DNA of 64,000 bases from Naegleria gruberi (Eukaryota): the NCBI GenBank assembly GCA_000004985.1, contig GG738904.1; one strand, given 5' to 3'. How positions within the stretch are numbered: the first letter of the stretch is position 1; each line of letters begins with the position of its first letter. The notes under the pieces were generated by a model. That model had not been told where the DNA came from, made no database searches, and saw only the letters and a program-made list of their open reading frames with translations. Positions 59,656 through 64,000 of this stretch are shown one piece after another. The position numbers were made by a program, and so were the translations under genes.

Positions 59656-60175
59656 TTCTGTTGTAAAGAAATCCTTAATAAATTGGGTAATGTAAGGGTA
59701 TTGGTAATTGAGAGAAACCATTCACAATTAGAAAGAATTACTTTTGTAATTGCCAATTGTCAAACCACAAATAGTAACAAATGAAGAAAAGATGTTTCTC
59801 TCATGTCAATACTAACAAGATTCCTTCCAAATTTTAACTTGTAGAGTCAACAACATTTTTAAAGCTTGTTCTAATGAACTAATTTTCATTGATTCTCAAC
59901 AGGATACATTGTTAGTAATGCACTCTTATCTGTTTGTATTGTAAATAGTCGGATGCCAACAAAGCAAATCCTTTCCAACGTTCTTCTAATCTAATTTTAA
60001 AAACCCGAGTTGTTTTCTATTTTTATGCTACTGTGGTTGATGTCTTTTGTCTAAATTTTTTCAATTCTTCATAACGGACAAAGCTACATGGAAGTAGCGA
60101 TAAAGCCTTTAAATTTTAAAAAAAAATTATTGTAAAAAATATCTAAACATCTCCCGTTCTCTTTCTTTTAAAACA

Positions 60176-60928
<753 letters not shown>

Positions 60929-60992
60929 ATTTTTCTGTACATTTATATTAAATACTTTAAAATCGTTTATGAAAAACACATAAACATTAATT

Positions 60993-62914
60993 TCACTTTT
61001 TATTGAAATTATTTTCTATATATGGATCTGCAAATCTTAGTGAGTCTTTTAAATATTTAGACAATAGAGAATCAATAAATTCTTTCAATTGTTCTTTTTT
61101 AAGGAATGGACTGTTAGTATTAAGATGTTTGAGAATTTCAGCATTACTAAAATCGGTCAATAGTGGAGATACAGTTGGTAGTTGTGTTATTTCAGTTCCA
61201 TCGAGTTGAGATTGTTTATCAGTTACAGTGGTGAATTCATTATTTTCAATTACATAATAAATAAATAATTCTTCAAGAGTATGATTTGATTGTAGATAAT
61301 TTAAACATTCTTTACAATTCTTTACTAGTAACTTGCTTAATTTCTTAAACATGTTCAAAAGTATTTCATCTAAATTCAGATAATTATGTTTACAATCAAT
61401 AATTAATTTCATTAAATAAAATGATAAATTATATTGGCATTGCATCTTGTTAATTCTTGATCGTTTTTTAAATAATATTTGTATAAATTTAATTGTATTA
61501 TTTTCAAATAAATTTAAATAGTGTTTAATTTTGGTTTCAACATGTTGTTGAATTGATAAAATATACTTGTTAATATCTTTTAATTTATCATTATTATAAT
61601 TAATTGTTTGTTGTTTATATTTTACAAGAGTTTTTTCAAGTAAATCTTTTTGTAAATTATTTTCCTTCACTTGTTCTTTTATAATATTAATATTATTATT
61701 ATTGGAACTTTTTTGTTTTTCTAATTTAATATTCATATTATAAATTAAATTTTGAATTTTTAAAATATTTTCATTTCTACTTGTTAATAAATAATTTCTT
61801 TGATTATAAAGAGTATTTCTATTTTTAGATAAAATAATATCATTTTCTGTTTTTATCATTTTTCTTTGAAATTTGGCAACTAGTAATTTTAAATATTCAT
61901 TTTTAATAAAATAATTACTAATAAAATATTCCCAAAATGATTCATTACTATATATATTATAAAATGATTCATTAATTTCAAAATTTTCATTTGGATTTTG
62001 AATATAAAAGGAACTAAGTGCTTTTTGTAAAATTAATAAATTTCTTTCATCTCTTAAAATGTAACTTGTTAAATATTTTATAAATTCATTTCTATATTTG
62101 GATGGAATGTTAGAAAAATTAAAATTTGGATTAAATTCTTCTAAATTTGTTTCATTATTTAATAAATTATTTGATAAGTTAGATGTATTATTATTATTAT
62201 TATTATTATTATTTGATGGATTGGAAGATGTTGAATTATTTAATTTTTGTGGAATTTTTCTTTCCAAATTAATTTTATCAGTTCTAATATATTTTTAATA
62301 AAATCAAGTAAAAATAATAAAAATTACCTTTCTTGTATTAATCTTCTAATTCTATTTATATAAATTTTAAATTTTTCAATTTCATTATTTAAAATTTTCA
62401 TTAAAATTGAATTTTGTTTAATATCATTTCTAATATTTCCATAATTAATTTTATCATTTATATTCCAATTTAATTGTTGATTTTGAATTGATTGAAGATT
62501 TCTATAAATTTTTTGTGCATTTGATAAATTTAATTTTAAATTTTTAATTTGTTTTTTTAAATTTAATTGTTTTCTATTTGAAATTTCTAAAATTTCCATT
62601 AATTCATCAATTCCACCATTATTTAAATATTCTTTAAATGTAATATTTAATAAATTATTATTATTATTAACATTTTCAATTGTTGTTTGATTATTTTCAT
62701 TAAAATTTAAATTAAATTTATAATCATCAGAAATTTTTAATAAATTTTCATCTCGTTGACTTTTTAATTGTTCTAATAGTAAATTTTCTCTTCCATCAAA
62801 TTCTCTATTTAAAATTATTTCCGATAGGATCGTATTATCATCTATTAGATTATTTATTTGTGCTATGGATGGTGATGATTGATGACTTGGTGATGATAGA
62901 GGTGATGACATCAT
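60993..62914 (-). CDS. Asn-rich coiled-coil protein of unknown function, about 626 aa; complement(join(60993..62283,62328..62914))
   Basis: ATG is at 62914 (MMSSPLSSPSHQ). A 44-nt GTAATT..ATATTAG intron joins the two ORFs in frame. It has extensive heptad-like K/N/L/Q composition and a poly-Asn tract. Confidence 0.5.
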
Positions 62915-63035
62915 TCTCTTGTGTTGTCATTTTTTTTAAAGTAAATTTGATAAAAATATTTACTTGAAATTGTTCCCGCCAAAATCAACTACAATTTTTG
63001 CGCCAAAGGCTAAATTAAAAATCCTCATAAAAAAA

Positions 63036-64000
63036 ATGTCTTCAATTCCACCTTCAATTTCTGCTACACCTGCTCTCGATGATTCAAAGAATTCAAACTT
63101 TCCAAAGGTCAACTTTTCAGAGAAACAATTGAGAGAATACAGGGAAGCTTTTGATATGTTCGTCAAGATGGATATTGATAAGAATAATAATAGTTTCGTT
63201 GGTGGATTGAATACATCATTCACTAGAAGTGCTTCTTTTGTTAGTAATACATCATTTACTGCTAAGAATATAAAACCAAGTTCTTCTCCTAAACCACCTT
63301 CACCAAGACGATCAGAATCAAGATCTTCAAAATCATCAACAAGATATGTAGAATCGGAAGATGAAGACTCTGAATATGAAGGAATTAATTCGGAAGACTC
63401 ATCAGATGGAGAAGAAGATGAACCAAGTATTAACTTGGATAAATTGGGTGGTATTATGAGAAGTTTGTTTCAGAACCCAACTGAAACTGAATTAAAAGAT
63501 ATGATTAAGGAAGTTGATGCTGATGGTAATGGTGAAATTGAATTTGATGTAAGTTTGACATCAATTGATTGCTAATTTCATTGATCTTTTATAAACTGAA
63601 TAGGAATTTTTATTATTGATGGCTAGTAAATCTCAAGAATTGGATTCTTATGAAGAAATGAAAGAAGCTTTCCATTTATTTGATAAAGATAACGATGGTT
63701 TAATAACAGTTGGTGAATTACAAAAATTATTTGTACATATTGGATGTGATTTAACATTGGATGAATGTGATTTAATGATTAAGGAAGTTGATGAAACAGG
63801 TAGAGGAATTGGAATTGAATTTGAAGATTTTGTTAAATTAATGAAATTGAGTAAGGAAGAATTAGCAGAAGGATTTAATTATATTCATGAATATGATTTC
63901 GTTAGGGCAACATTAGAAGATTTGAAAAAAGAATTTCATTTGGCAAATAGTGAAGAACAGAAAGAACTTCAACAAAAGATTCAAGACTGTCAACATGAAC
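63036..64000 (+). CDS. Calmodulin-like EF-hand protein with a Ser-rich insert, 3'-partial because it runs off the window; join(63036..63548,63604..>64000)
   Basis: EF-hand loops are [13 protein letters not shown] (split by a 55-nt GTAAGT..AATAG intron), [13 protein letters not shown] and [17 protein letters not shown] is at 63036. Confidence 0.6.

Noticed and set aside
59656-60175. Possible tRNA-targeted retroelement (TRE/DGLT-like) next to tRNA-Phe
   Set aside because: There are no ORFs, repeats or reverse-transcriptase-like sequence in the 500 nt either side of the tRNA.

Overview
This window is eukaryotic nuclear DNA, not prokaryotic. It is AT-rich (roughly two-thirds A+T by eye). Genes are densely packed on both strands, about one per 2 kb. 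Several are interrupted by very small spliceosomal introns of 40-115 nt with GTAAGT/GTATGT donors and (T)AG acceptors. Coding regions carry His, Asn, Gln and Ser/Thr homopolymer tracts and use codons such as ggt, cca, caa and tta preferentially. Together this fits a dictyostelid-type social amoeba (Amoebozoa). The organism call is an inference from these features only. I find no CRISPR array, no prokaryotic operon or defence island, and no recognisable transposon. I can support about 30 protein-coding genes, one tRNA-Phe(GAA) and one 50-nt assembly gap. Confident calls are V-ATPase catalytic subunit A, a neurofibromin (NF1) orthologue with RasGAP and Sec14 regions, a roughly 2,488-aa USP9X/24/34-type deubiquitinase transcribed divergently from NF1, epsilon-tubulin, Rab2, an Aa_trans amino-acid transporter, an FBXL-type F-box/LRR protein, a Grc3/NOL9-type polynucleotide kinase, an AAMP/Sqt1-type WD40 protein and a mid-SUN protein. 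The most unusual items are listed next. (1) A 4-kb stretch at 19.4-23.7 kb looks like a collection of gene fragments. It holds an EF1A-like G-domain-only ORF with degenerate catalytic motifs, a frameshifted C-terminal fragment of an M1 aminopeptidase, a truncated LRR paralogue, and a minus-strand gene with repeated frame breaks. (2) An F-box is fused to a degenerate Rab-like GTPase domain. (3) A three-exon protein combines a TFIIS N-terminal domain, a KRVSW PP1-docking motif and a C-terminal CCCH zinc finger, which is the hallmark architecture of PNUTS (PPP1R10). (4) A mid-SUN gene and an epsilon-tubulin gene converge and overlap at their 3' ends. I did not find evidence for a single novel multi-gene system. 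All exon boundaries are hand-derived from frame continuity and GT..AG signals and need RNA-seq confirmation.
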